This document shows, piece by piece, positions 38,534 through 48,004 of a stretch of 58,521 bases of DNA (its first letter is position 1; every line of letters begins with the position of its first letter). The notes under the pieces were generated by a model. It worked only from the letters and a program-made list of their open reading frames with translations. It was not told where the DNA came from and did no database searches. The stretch covers positions 1 through 58,521 of the IMG/VR virus record IMGVR_UViG_3300046167_000389. The stretch is one strand, 5' to 3'. The stretch is from a virus. Taxonomy: Duplodnaviria > Caudoviricetes. Position numbers and translations under genes: made by a program.

Positions 38534-39645
38534 CAGGATGCCGCTCCTGATGCACTAGCTCCAACATTTCGAGCAATAGTTAAATCACCGTGATCAGTTG
38601 CATTTCCTAAAGTTTGAACGACAACTTTGTCTATTATATCGCTTCGATTGCTAGCATAACCACCAATAAAACAGGCGTTAGTTCCGTTACCTACACCCCC
38701 TAAGCCACTTCTGCTTACAGACAAATCACCAAAGTCAGTAGCATTTCCAGTGGTGCTAATAGTCACATAGTCTATTACATCTCCACCAGCAGCACCGCCA
38801 GCAAACAAACCTCTAGTGCTATCTGCCGCTGATGCTAGGGCATGTCTTGAAACCGATAAATTACCAAAATCAACGGCATTACCAGCAGAAGCAATTGTAA
38901 CATAGTCTATAACATTTATAGGCTGACTAGAGGAGTTTCTCCCACCAGCAAACAAACCTCTGGTATCATTGGCTAATCCCGTGGCATTTCTACAGTCATT
39001 ATTTAAATCGCCAAAATCAGTAGCGTTTCCAGTTGTAGCAATGGTTATTTTATCTATTGAGTTTGTTATTTTACCTAAATGAAACAGGCCAGTTGTACCA
39101 TCTGAACACGCTGCGTTGTCATTGGATGCGGCAGTAGTGTTGCCAAAGTTAGTAGCGTTTCCAGTTGTAGCAACAGTAATATACTCTATAAGCTGAACAT
39201 CGTTGCCAGCAAATACTGCTCTTGTTTTATTTGATACGCCCGAATTACCTCTTGCGGTGTTAGTAAGATCTCCAAAATCGGTAGCGTTACTTGAAGAAGT
39301 AATGTCAAAATAATCAATAGTATTTACATTGCCATTAGAACTAATACCTCCAGCATAAACACCTCTATCGCCAGAATTTGCGACATCTGGTGCGGGAGGG
39401 CTTAGCTCAACCCCATACCAATCAGTACCGTTGTGATGATAAAGACTTGTGTTTGCAGTTACATAGGCTAAATCACCTGCGCTGTTACCGCTTTCAGGCA
39501 AAGCGTCAGTGTCAGCGTATGTTGTTACGCCACTAGCGGCATCAGCAAAAGCTAAAACTCCGCTACCCTGAGAAGTCAGAACTTGCCCAGAGGTGCCATT
39601 GTCTAAAACGTTAGCTAGATTGCCAAGATTGCGGTTGTTGCTCAT
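38533..39645 (-). CDS. Repeat (beta-propeller-like) tail-associated protein
   Basis: Six repeats of IDY.TI...GNATDFGDL. Confidence 0.7.
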   Translation of the reverse strand: MSNNRNLGNLANVLDNGTSGQVLTSQGSGVLAFADAASGVTTYADTDALPESGNSAGDLAYVTANTSLYHHNGTDWYGVELSPPAPDVANSGDRGVYAGGISSNGNVNTIDYFDITSSSNATDFGDLTNTARGNSGVSNKTRAVFAGNDVQLIEYITVATTGNATNFGNTTAASNDNAACSDGTTGLFHLGKITNSIDKITIATTGNATDFGDLNNDCRNATGLANDTRGLFAGGRNSSSQPINVIDYVTIASAGNAVDFGNLSVSRHALASAADSTRGLFAGGAAGGDVIDYVTISTTGNATDFGDLSVSRSGLGGVGNGTNACFIGGYASNRSDIIDKVVVQTLGNATDHGDLTIARNVGASASGAAS

Positions 39646-39646
39646 A

Positions 39647-39877
39647 TTATGTTACCTTAGCCCAATCAGTTCCATCAAATGTATACTTATTTCCTTCCCA
39701 ATCTTCTGGTGCGTTAGAAACACTTGTATGCAAAGTTGCCGTAGCACTATTTAGGTCACCAATAATAAATTGGGCAGGTTCGCCAACGGTTATAGTGCTT
39801 TCGTTTATAGCTACAGAAATACTGTCTTCTAAAAGATACTTGGAAAGGTTTGTTGAGGTTTCTACAATGGTTTTCAT
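39647..39877 (-). CDS. Small tail-fibre-associated protein
   Basis: APEDWEGNKYTFDGTDW. Confidence 0.6.
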   Translation of the reverse strand: MKTIVETSTNLSKYLLEDSISVAINESTITVGEPAQFIIGDLNSATATLHTSVSNAPEDWEGNKYTFDGTDWAKVT

Positions 39878-39878
39878 A

Positions 39879-42668
39879 TTAACCTTTCACTATTAGCTTA
39901 GTTGCAGACACAGCGGTTCCTGCAAATACGCTTGGGTTTGAAGGGGTTAAGCCCACCCCACCAGTTGTTTGAACGTAATATTTTTGCCCCGCTGTAATGC
40001 TGCTTTGTGCATCATCCACAGAGCCTGCAATTTGGATTGTTGCAGTTTGTCCATTTGTGTAGGCTGCGTCAGAAATACCTATAAAGTTTTCGGCAGTCAG
40101 ATTTGTTGTGATATTGCTGACATCAACCATCTGCACTTTCGATGCGCCGGTACTTTCTGAGCTAGTCGTTGAGACTGCAAATTGCTCTGTATCTGGATCA
40201 TAAACTGGCGTTGCAATATACGCTAGCGCTGCCGCCACATCTTCACGACTAGCTGCGCTAATACTATTACTTGTAACAGTTATCTTTCTCATTTTTATTG
40301 AAGCATTCAGAGCGTAAAAATAATAAGGTGTTGAAATAGCATCGTTGTAACACAGTACACCATGTTCAGCGTTGTCTGAGTCAGGAATTTCAAGCGTACT
40401 CTCTGTTGTAATAGTTGTTCCACTGACGCTTAAAAGCGACAGATACCCCCTACCACTATGTCGATACGAAGTAAGCCAACGTGATACGTTTGGGCAATAA
40501 ACAATAGACATTCTGTTAAATGAGTTATAACTACCGCCAATCTGTGTGGTACTCCCTGCGGTCACACTTGTGCCAGATATGGTCATCGCAGTTGCATAAG
40601 CGTAGTAACTTCCTGTTGAAGCATAAAGGCAAACTACTGTACCAGAGCCGTTACTAACCAAACGGGGTTTTCTTGATAAGACTGTAGATAAACGAACAGA
40701 ACTGCCGTAAGAAATAGACGTAGAGCTAACTGTTGCTACAAGCGCTCGTAAACGATTACTATCACCACCATCACGGCCCGCCACAATGATTTTGCCTGAT
40801 CCTGAATCGTAACAAGCTCCAACAGAATAACAAGTGCTGCTGCTGAACGGCTGAAATGCTGAACTAAAGCTTATTGACGTACCGCTAACCGTTCCTATTT
40901 TTTGGTAGGCTATGGTGTTTGCGGAATATGTAACAACAATTTTACCTAAGCCTGAGTGGTAGTCCGTACTGTTGCCAAATTCGGTACTAAGCACTGACCC
41001 TGAGTGAAACACAACAGGCGTACCAAAACTAATTGATGTACCAGATATTGTCCCGACTACGGCTGTGCCATATGAGCTATTGTTTGCGTCAACGTAACAG
41101 TAGATTACTTTATTATTTGCAGTATCATAGCAGCCACCACAACTATATTTTGAATGCTCATTCCCTGTTAGTTCTACTTGAGATCCAATAGATGTCGATT
41201 GCGAACCAGATACGGCCGATACTGTTCCGTCAGAATTAACTACTACTGTATCACCATTAGCCAAAGTACCACTAGCCACAGCTTCTAATGAACCGCCGCC
41301 GCCACCACCAGCGGCATCAGCAAACTCTAACGCATTAGCCCCGCTATTCATCTGCAAAACTTGACCCGCTGTGCCTAAGCTTGAAGGAGTGTCAGATAGG
41401 TCTACTATATTATTAGGAGTGCTGGCGAGCGAGCCGTGTTCAACCACCTCAACAACATCGTCAGCTACAAAAGCTGAAAAGCCTGTAATTGTAGTGCCGT
41501 TGCTTGCTGTAAAATCTTCACCACCGCCACGAAGCTTAACGCCGTTTTTATAGACTGCTACTTTATCAGGGGTGTAGTTTACCGTTACAGAAGTCTCTCC
41601 CGCATTCGGCTCAAGAAACGTGCTACTGTAAGGACTAGCAAATGGTGCGCCATATTCAACAACTTCTACAACATCGTCTTCAGCCGTTGCGCTAATAGTA
41701 ATCTGCGTGTCAGTAGCAGTGACTTCGCTATCTTGTAGTTTCACACCATTGAGAAACACCGAAATGTTTTCAGCTTTCCAAGAACCAGTAAAAGCAGTTT
41801 CACCATCAGAAGAAACTACAGTCTTTGTAGTGGTAATAGGTACTAAAGAGCCGCCGGTAGAACTACTGCCACTAGCCGTAACTACACCAGAGCCATCTAT
41901 AGATAAACCTGTGCCAATCTTAATCCCGCCAAGCGCAGAGCTAGAGGCGGTAGGCAGAACGTAATTATTTGCGCTGGTAGCTACGCCATCTAGCTTTGTC
42001 TTATCAGACGAGGACATAAGGCCAGCGGCTGATGTTGTGGCGTTAGAATAGCTAGTGCTGCCTACGTTTATCGTGCCGCCCATACCACTGTGATTGGTGC
42101 AGTAATAATAAAGGGTGCTGGGCGCATCCTGCTCTAGTTTTACTTCAACGTACTTAGACCCAACTACGGTTACGCCCGTGGTAAACTGTGAGCTATTGGC
42201 GGCATCAGCTTGAGTAGCCAACCGGAATGGATGACTTGAGTTAGTGCTATCAGAAACATCAAAGCGGTAGGTAACAGACGGCACTAAAGTAATCGTCTGA
42301 TTAGCAGTACCATCAATCAGGTAGTTGCCGCCCGATACAGTAACCGTAATATCAGCGTAGAGCAGATCAAGATCGTCTGCAGAAGCGCTAATAAAGACCT
42401 TGGCGCTGCCAGATAGATTGAGCAAGCTGCCGGTAGATGAGCTAGTTAGAACCCGTGTGAGAGTAGAATTGCTGCCGCCATTGTGCGTGTATACACCTGT
42501 AGATACCTCCCATGCTGTGCCATCTTCAATTACCAGCCGTACTGTATGGCCGTCTAAAGACGAAGGCACAGACTGATACCCAGCCTCTGCGGAAGCTAGA
42601 GTAACAGTACCTGTGCCTGAAGTGCCGGTATCAACGGCAACCTTTACACGATCAGCGAAGCGAGCCAT
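39879..42668 (-). CDS. Tail fibre with cupredoxin-like and propeller-like domains
   Basis: FADRVK N-terminus; HPFRL...YYYCTNHSGM; GTSISFG repeats. Confidence 0.7.
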   Translation of the reverse strand: MARFADRVKVAVDTGTSGTGTVTLASAEAGYQSVPSSLDGHTVRLVIEDGTAWEVSTGVYTHNGGSNSTLTRVLTSSSTGSLLNLSGSAKVFISASADDLDLLYADITVTVSGGNYLIDGTANQTITLVPSVTYRFDVSDSTNSSHPFRLATQADAANSSQFTTGVTVVGSKYVEVKLEQDAPSTLYYYCTNHSGMGGTINVGSTSYSNATTSAAGLMSSSDKTKLDGVATSANNYVLPTASSSALGGIKIGTGLSIDGSGVVTASGSSSTGGSLVPITTTKTVVSSDGETAFTGSWKAENISVFLNGVKLQDSEVTATDTQITISATAEDDVVEVVEYGAPFASPYSSTFLEPNAGETSVTVNYTPDKVAVYKNGVKLRGGGEDFTASNGTTITGFSAFVADDVVEVVEHGSLASTPNNIVDLSDTPSSLGTAGQVLQMNSGANALEFADAAGGGGGGSLEAVASGTLANGDTVVVNSDGTVSAVSGSQSTSIGSQVELTGNEHSKYSCGGCYDTANNKVIYCYVDANNSSYGTAVVGTISGTSISFGTPVVFHSGSVLSTEFGNSTDYHSGLGKIVVTYSANTIAYQKIGTVSGTSISFSSAFQPFSSSTCYSVGACYDSGSGKIIVAGRDGGDSNRLRALVATVSSTSISYGSSVRLSTVLSRKPRLVSNGSGTVVCLYASTGSYYAYATAMTISGTSVTAGSTTQIGGSYNSFNRMSIVYCPNVSRWLTSYRHSGRGYLSLLSVSGTTITTESTLEIPDSDNAEHGVLCYNDAISTPYYFYALNASIKMRKITVTSNSISAASREDVAAALAYIATPVYDPDTEQFAVSTTSSESTGASKVQMVDVSNITTNLTAENFIGISDAAYTNGQTATIQIAGSVDDAQSSITAGQKYYVQTTGGVGLTPSNPSVFAGTAVSATKLIVKG

Positions 42669-42677
42669 GCTGGTTCC

Positions 42678-43859
42678 TTAATCTAACTTGATAACGAAAT
42701 CGCCAATGCCAAATCGAAGTATATCTCCGCTGTTCACACTGCGAGCAGTAGTCAAAGCTCCTGTGAGAATAGGGTCTTTAGATTTACGGTAGGTAGCACT
42801 TGCGTTACTAGTGTATTGAGTTGCAGAACCATAGGTTGAAGTGCTTCCAAGCGTTCCACGATAGATGCCCCAGTGCGTTACTGATCCTGTCCAATTGCCT
42901 GTGGCTTCTGGAAAAGCAATCGCAGAGGTGTTTGATATAGAGGTTACTCCGCTGCCATCAGTGGTCGGAGTGCCAAATACGTTAGCAGAAGGGCTAATAA
43001 GTACCTGTCTTGAGTATCCGTTACCATCAAATTCGCCTGTAGACCCAGAGGAAGAAGCCGCTACTGAACCAACATTACTACCGGGGTCACTTCGATATAA
43101 GCCTAGATATAGGTAGGTATCGGACACTGTAGCGTTCTGAGAAGCGTTACCATTTTGGCGAGTATAAGTTGAACCTACGTAGGGTAAAAAACAATTACCT
43201 ATAAAGGTATTTCGGTTTTTATAATGCGCTTGGATCTGTTGCATCCCTGTACTGGTATCGCCTGACGTTCCATTATAATACGCCCAATCGGTCTGACCGT
43301 AAGAAGCACCCGAAGCAGTTGTACCCCCGCCCGTAGGCTCTGGAATAAATCCTAATCTACGTGCGAGTTGTCTGCGCCATTCAGTAGCAGCTTCATATAA
43401 CGTATAATCAGTGTCGTTAGCTACAGTTACTGTACCAGATCCTACGCCCCATCTATTCGGAAAGGTAATATCAAACTGACCGCTGGCAATTCTGAATTGA
43501 TCTCCAGAAGCCACGCCTACGCCGCTATTTAACGATCCAGACATTAGGAAATAAGACGAGCCTGTATTTGTTGCATCCGTCCATAATGACCAGTGTGATA
43601 CAGTTCCCCAAGAGCCGCTTGCTTCGGCAAAATCTATGGCAGAAGAATTGGTTATATTGTCATTGGTATCAAAGCCAAATTTACTAGAAACAGAAACACG
43701 GGCGTAGCCATTCCCAGAGATCTCGTTTGAGCCTGTATTCCCATCAAGCGGATCTCCAGTATGTAGGCCCAACCACATCCCAGTAGGAATCGAAAATTCA
43801 GCCTTTTTAAAGAGGTGCTTGATCAGGGCAAGCTCTAGATTATCACTGAGAATAGCCAT
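42678..43859 (-). CDS. Virion protein with a duplicated domain paralogous to 43872-44267
   Basis: Two copies of YLGL...GNGY.R...N..AI.F.EA.G.W. Confidence 0.65.
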   Translation of the reverse strand: MAILSDNLELALIKHLFKKAEFSIPTGMWLGLHTGDPLDGNTGSNEISGNGYARVSVSSKFGFDTNDNITNSSAIDFAEASGSWGTVSHWSLWTDATNTGSSYFLMSGSLNSGVGVASGDQFRIASGQFDITFPNRWGVGSGTVTVANDTDYTLYEAATEWRRQLARRLGFIPEPTGGGTTASGASYGQTDWAYYNGTSGDTSTGMQQIQAHYKNRNTFIGNCFLPYVGSTYTRQNGNASQNATVSDTYLYLGLYRSDPGSNVGSVAASSSGSTGEFDGNGYSRQVLISPSANVFGTPTTDGSGVTSISNTSAIAFPEATGNWTGSVTHWGIYRGTLGSTSTYGSATQYTSNASATYRKSKDPILTGALTTARSVNSGDILRFGIGDFVIKLD

Positions 43860-43871
43860 CAGTCGCTCCTA

Positions 43872-44267
43872 TTAGTCAATATTGATGTCTAAATCGCCAG
43901 CCGGTATGCGGAAAATATCTCCGGTTGAAATAGCCTTGTCGCTCGTAAGCTGGGCATGAACGATCATGTCACTGGCTGTACCGCCGGTAGCCGCTGGCAT
44001 AATCATAACCGCAATCACTGTTCCGTAGTCTGCGGTAGCTTCGGGAAACTCGATAGCCGAGGTGTTGGAAGCGTTGTTTCCACTTACCGTGAACGCCGCT
44101 GTCTGACGGGCATACGCCGTACCAGAGGTAGAAACTTCAGATCCGAGTGCGGAATCCGTGGGATCTGTGGTGCATAAAGCCACGTACCAAGCTGTAGGCC
44201 GTGTGACTGAATCGGAAGTCAGCAAGTATTTTAAAGTATGGGTTTCAAATGCGTTCGAGAGGCTCAT
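43872..44267 (-). CDS. Small virion structural protein
   Basis: WYVALCTTDP, YARQ, NTSAIEFPEAT. Confidence 0.65.
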   Translation of the reverse strand: MSLSNAFETHTLKYLLTSDSVTRPTAWYVALCTTDPTDSALGSEVSTSGTAYARQTAAFTVSGNNASNTSAIEFPEATADYGTVIAVMIMPAATGGTASDMIVHAQLTSDKAISTGDIFRIPAGDLDINID

Positions 44268-44283
44268 GTGTTTCTCCTGTTCC

Positions 44284-44655
44284 TCAAATCGTGATGGTGA
44301 AAGAGGAAACAGCTAACCTGTCTCCTACGAAAAGATTGACGTTGGTTAATGTGAGATCACCGCCGCCGCCTGTATTGGTTACAGTGCCTCTGAAGACTTC
44401 GGAGCCACCGCTAGTAAAGATTTTGAATTTGGTTGCCGTACCTGCATTGATCGTAGTGTCAGTGGTAATGGCGTTAGCAGAAACGGAGCCACTATCTGCG
44501 GCTCCGAATGCTGGGTTGGTTAAGGGCAGTGTCGCTAACTCAGTATCGGAAGCATCTAGGATTTGCAGAGTACCTGCAGAACCCCCACTATCGATATCGT
44601 CCACGATGCCGTTCAAGGCAGCATTCTTAGCACGATTGGTTAGACTGATTGCCAC
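44284..44655 (-). CDS. Small virion structural protein
   Basis: Directly downstream of the capsid gene. Confidence 0.6.
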   Translation of the reverse strand: MAISLTNRAKNAALNGIVDDIDSGGSAGTLQILDASDTELATLPLTNPAFGAADSGSVSANAITTDTTINAGTATKFKIFTSGGSEVFRGTVTNTGGGGDLTLTNVNLFVGDRLAVSSFTITI

Positions 44656-44669
44656 TGCCCTTACCTAGC

Positions 44670-45728
44670 CTATGCGAGGTTGTAGTTCGCTGTGAACAAC
44701 GCTTCTGGGCGAAGAATCTTGCGCCCGTAGAGACTCATGCCGCGCACCACATCCGCGAATGTAGTAGGTGACCTGAAGGTCTCAGTCTTAGCAATCTGTT
44801 GAGCCGTAGCTACCGCAGATGCGTGACCAGCAACCATCACACCGAAGTTAGTCTCAGAGCCTGTGGAAAGTGCCACGCCAGCGCCTGTACCTTCGTAAGG
44901 AAGGTTGTTAGACTTGTAGATTGAGAACCCACGTAATGTTCCGGGCAACTTACCGTTACGCAGTTCATCACCGCCACCGAAGTCAGAATTAATCAACTTA
45001 CTTGATTCATCCATTAATACTTCTGCGAATACGGGGTCAATTACCAACCACCTTCCATCGCTGTCTACGTTAGCTTGATCCATTTGACGAGCAATACGGT
45101 TCAAGATTGCCAATGGTGAAGTGATACCACCCGCGCCACCGCCTACTGCGATTGGAATAGATGTTACTTCAGCGTCACCGCCAACATCTGATCCACCGAA
45201 GTCTGTGATGTCTAGCTTGTTAGCCGCCAACATCTCATCGTTACCAGCGTTAGTATCGGCTTTAGTACCGTTAATATCGCCAGACGCTGATCGACGCGCC
45301 CATGAAGATGGAGTCTTCCAACCTGCTAGGTAGCCAAGTACTTCTGCGTCCATTGTATCACGCAGTTTGTAACCAGCACGGTCACTTGCTAAATCGCCGA
45401 ACGAAACATGCGAGTGTGCTTCTTCAATATCGTCAATCGCAAACTGGAAGTAGTTCGCTTGGTCTACAACCATTGTGAAATCTGCGTCTGTAAGGTCTTG
45501 TGTTGCCAACGCAGTACCACGCTCATATGTCGTGATTGTGATATCTGGCTCTTTGATAATTTTAATGCTATCGCCGAAGTTACTAATTTCCCCGGTATAA
45601 TCAGTGTTAGTCACTGACTCGATAACAGAACTCTTGCGTAGAGCCTTCTGTACTTTTTTGCTATAAATTACCGGGGAGAAGTTCCCAGAGTTGAGATTTG
45701 TGTAGCCAGAGGCCTTTGGAAATGCCAT
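44670..45728 (-). CDS. Major capsid protein
   Basis: NFSPVIYSKKV, TNTDYTGEISNFGDSIKI, FADVVRGMSLYGRKILRPE; strong RBS. Confidence 0.9.
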   Translation of the reverse strand: MAFPKASGYTNLNSGNFSPVIYSKKVQKALRKSSVIESVTNTDYTGEISNFGDSIKIIKEPDITITTYERGTALATQDLTDADFTMVVDQANYFQFAIDDIEEAHSHVSFGDLASDRAGYKLRDTMDAEVLGYLAGWKTPSSWARRSASGDINGTKADTNAGNDEMLAANKLDITDFGGSDVGGDAEVTSIPIAVGGGAGGITSPLAILNRIARQMDQANVDSDGRWLVIDPVFAEVLMDESSKLINSDFGGGDELRNGKLPGTLRGFSIYKSNNLPYEGTGAGVALSTGSETNFGVMVAGHASAVATAQQIAKTETFRSPTTFADVVRGMSLYGRKILRPEALFTANYNLA

Positions 45729-45994
45729 TATAAATGCTCCTTGAATGAAATGGCTTAAATTGAACTTCTTAAATCAATTTGATTGTATGATTAGGTAGCG
45801 ATAATGACGCTGTACAATGTATTGTTAAATTGAAATAGAAGTAGCTATAACAGACAACGTAACATAGGTGGCAGTTCGTTAAGAGTATCGCAAAAGCGGG
45901 TCAAATCTCACTGGTAGACTTAGTATTATTATCTGGAGGGTTTGGTATAGGGTATACTGAATTAGTGTCTTATACCTAATTAATCAATGGTTTC

Positions 45995-46023
45995 ATTATA
46001 ACACATCGATATAGTTACTGCAA
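45995..46023 (-). promoter_or_regulatory. Capsid gene promoter
   Basis: TTGCAG-N17-TATAAT with extended TG. Confidence 0.75.
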
Positions 46024-46045
46024 TAGTTAATTACTTTATTAGTTG

Positions 46046-46824
46046 TTAACGTGCAGCTCCTGAAATGTCGTATGAGAAAGTACCAGAAGAGATTGATGCA
46101 TTGATTGCCTCTTCATTAGCCTCATACTCACGGTCAGACATTTGCTGTACCATGCTTTCAGAGAAAGTAGATTTACCACCTGTTGATGGCGCAGATGAGG
46201 ATGTTCGTCCTACAGCCTGTGCCGCCGTCTTAGTGGTCTTACGTTTGCCCATATCTGACTTGTACAAATCAATTGTACGCGCCGCCCATGTAGCATCTGT
46301 GTTGTTCTTATAAACGCTATCTTGCATCGCAGAAGGTTGCATAGATACCCATTCATGGAACTTAGGGTCTTGCCGTATTCTGAGCGAAAGTCAGGATGTA
46401 GTTGCATAAGCTGTTGTTCTGCGCGTCTGCTTGTGTAAGAGTACGTTCAAATTTCTCTACTTGCTTTAAGACGCTCTTCGCCTTCTGCCAAGAGCTTCGT
46501 TAGCCCGCTTACGGCAATTGTATCAACGATTTTGCAACATCAGGGTAGCGTATTAGACCATGCCTCTACTTCCGCATCAGTCTTAGGGAAGCCTAATCTG
46601 CTTACGAGTAGCTGCGTCTAATTGTTTTTTAACTTCTGCTAATTCTTGATCCTTTTGATCACGTACCGTCTGGATATGACGCTGAATGTCCTGATAGCGT
46701 TTTTTGTAGCTTTCCTCTTCAGCATCTAATTGCTTGAGTGCTCGGTTCGCTGTTGATGCCATTTCTTCGCTGTAGTTAATATCTTCTTCCAGCTATCGGT
46801 GTCGATATACTTTTGTTTTTGCAT
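46046..46824 (-). CDS. Capsid scaffolding protein (multiple frameshifts)
   Basis: Fragments EEESYKKRYQD, LHPDF, IDLYKSD, MSDREYEANEEAI; upstream of MCP. Confidence 0.7.
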
Positions 46825-46863
46825 AGTGTTTCCTTTTGGGTCCGATAATTTTCGGGTATCCAA

Positions 46864-47783
46864 TTAAATTATGAATGCGTATTTTTGTTTTTTCAGCATT
46901 CCTTGGAGGTTTGATGTTTTAGAAGTTTCTTCTTCAGTTGCTTCTTCATCATCTAAAAGGTCATCTACTTCGACAGTTGATGCCTCTATGTCCATCTCTT
47001 CAGATGGTACATCTTCTGTGACTTCTTCGGCTTCCTCTACCTCTTCAACTTCTTCAGTATCAGCGTGTTGGATTAGTCCATCCATCTGCATAGACATGAG
47101 ACCCATCTCTGCCTCAGACTGCATCATCTGGATATGTTTTAAGCCGTGCCACTTAACTACGTGAGCAGGTAGTACATACTCGTCAGTACTTAGCTTTGCA
47201 TCGATATCATCACGCACATTCTCTGCGTTAGACCCTAGAGGAATAGGATTACCAGACACATCATCGTAGCCCATGATGCCGTCCATCATACCACCACCGC
47301 ACGACCCATCGCAGTCGCCTTCGCAACCACACGCCATACCGCCGTGATACATTTCTACCAGTTCATCCTTGTCGTAGCTTTCTGGCCAGCTTCTCCTTTT
47401 CACGGGTAGACAGCTTACCGTCTTGTTAGTGTCGGCTTTCTTCATCGTCTACTTGAAATTTCTTAGCTGCCATGTCTTTTCCCTCTTGTGTGGTAATTCC
47501 TTTAGTGGCGGTAGCTACGCCGCCTAATGCAAAGCCCTTGCCCTTAATCGACTCCCAGACCGGACCCATGTTGAAGCCTAGCTTCTGACCGCCTAGCATC
47601 ACGCCCATGAGACCTAGCTTCGCAACATCTCTAAAGGTTACTTACCATCCTCATCTCTGGCGTCTCTAAGGCATCCAAACGCTCCTGCTCCCCAAAGTCT
47701 TCTGGATAGCGTCCCCGTAACAACTTCTGCACCATCTCATAGAGGTCAACGAAGTACCTCTCGTATTCAGCTTGTTCGCTCAT
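46864..47783 (-). CDS. Acidic head-associated protein(s), frameshifted
   Basis: DDIDAKLSTDEYVLPAHVV motif; several fragments. Confidence 0.5.
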
Positions 47784-47827
47784 AAAATTTCCTTGCAAGC
47801 GGTTAGTAAATGTAATAGCTAGGTGCT

Positions 47828-48004
47828 ATGAGTGATCCTGTAGATATTGAAAAACGTGATCGTATTATTGATGAAGTTTATAAGGCGATTAAAATGTGTA
47901 TTCCCGAAGATCAGGATGCGCCTTGGGCCGTAGACGGGCAAATTGAAAAAATATCAGATATGATAGATGCCGCTATGTTGCACTCATTAAACCGCCGCGG
48001 CTAA
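47828..48004 (+). CDS. 58-aa protein on the opposite strand inside the head module
   Basis: Read by hand: MSDPVDIEKRDRIIDEVY...LNRRG; AGGTG RBS; AT-rich. Confidence 0.55.
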   Translation: MSDPVDIEKRDRIIDEVYKAIKMCIPEDQDAPWAVDGQIEKISDMIDAAMLHSLNRRG

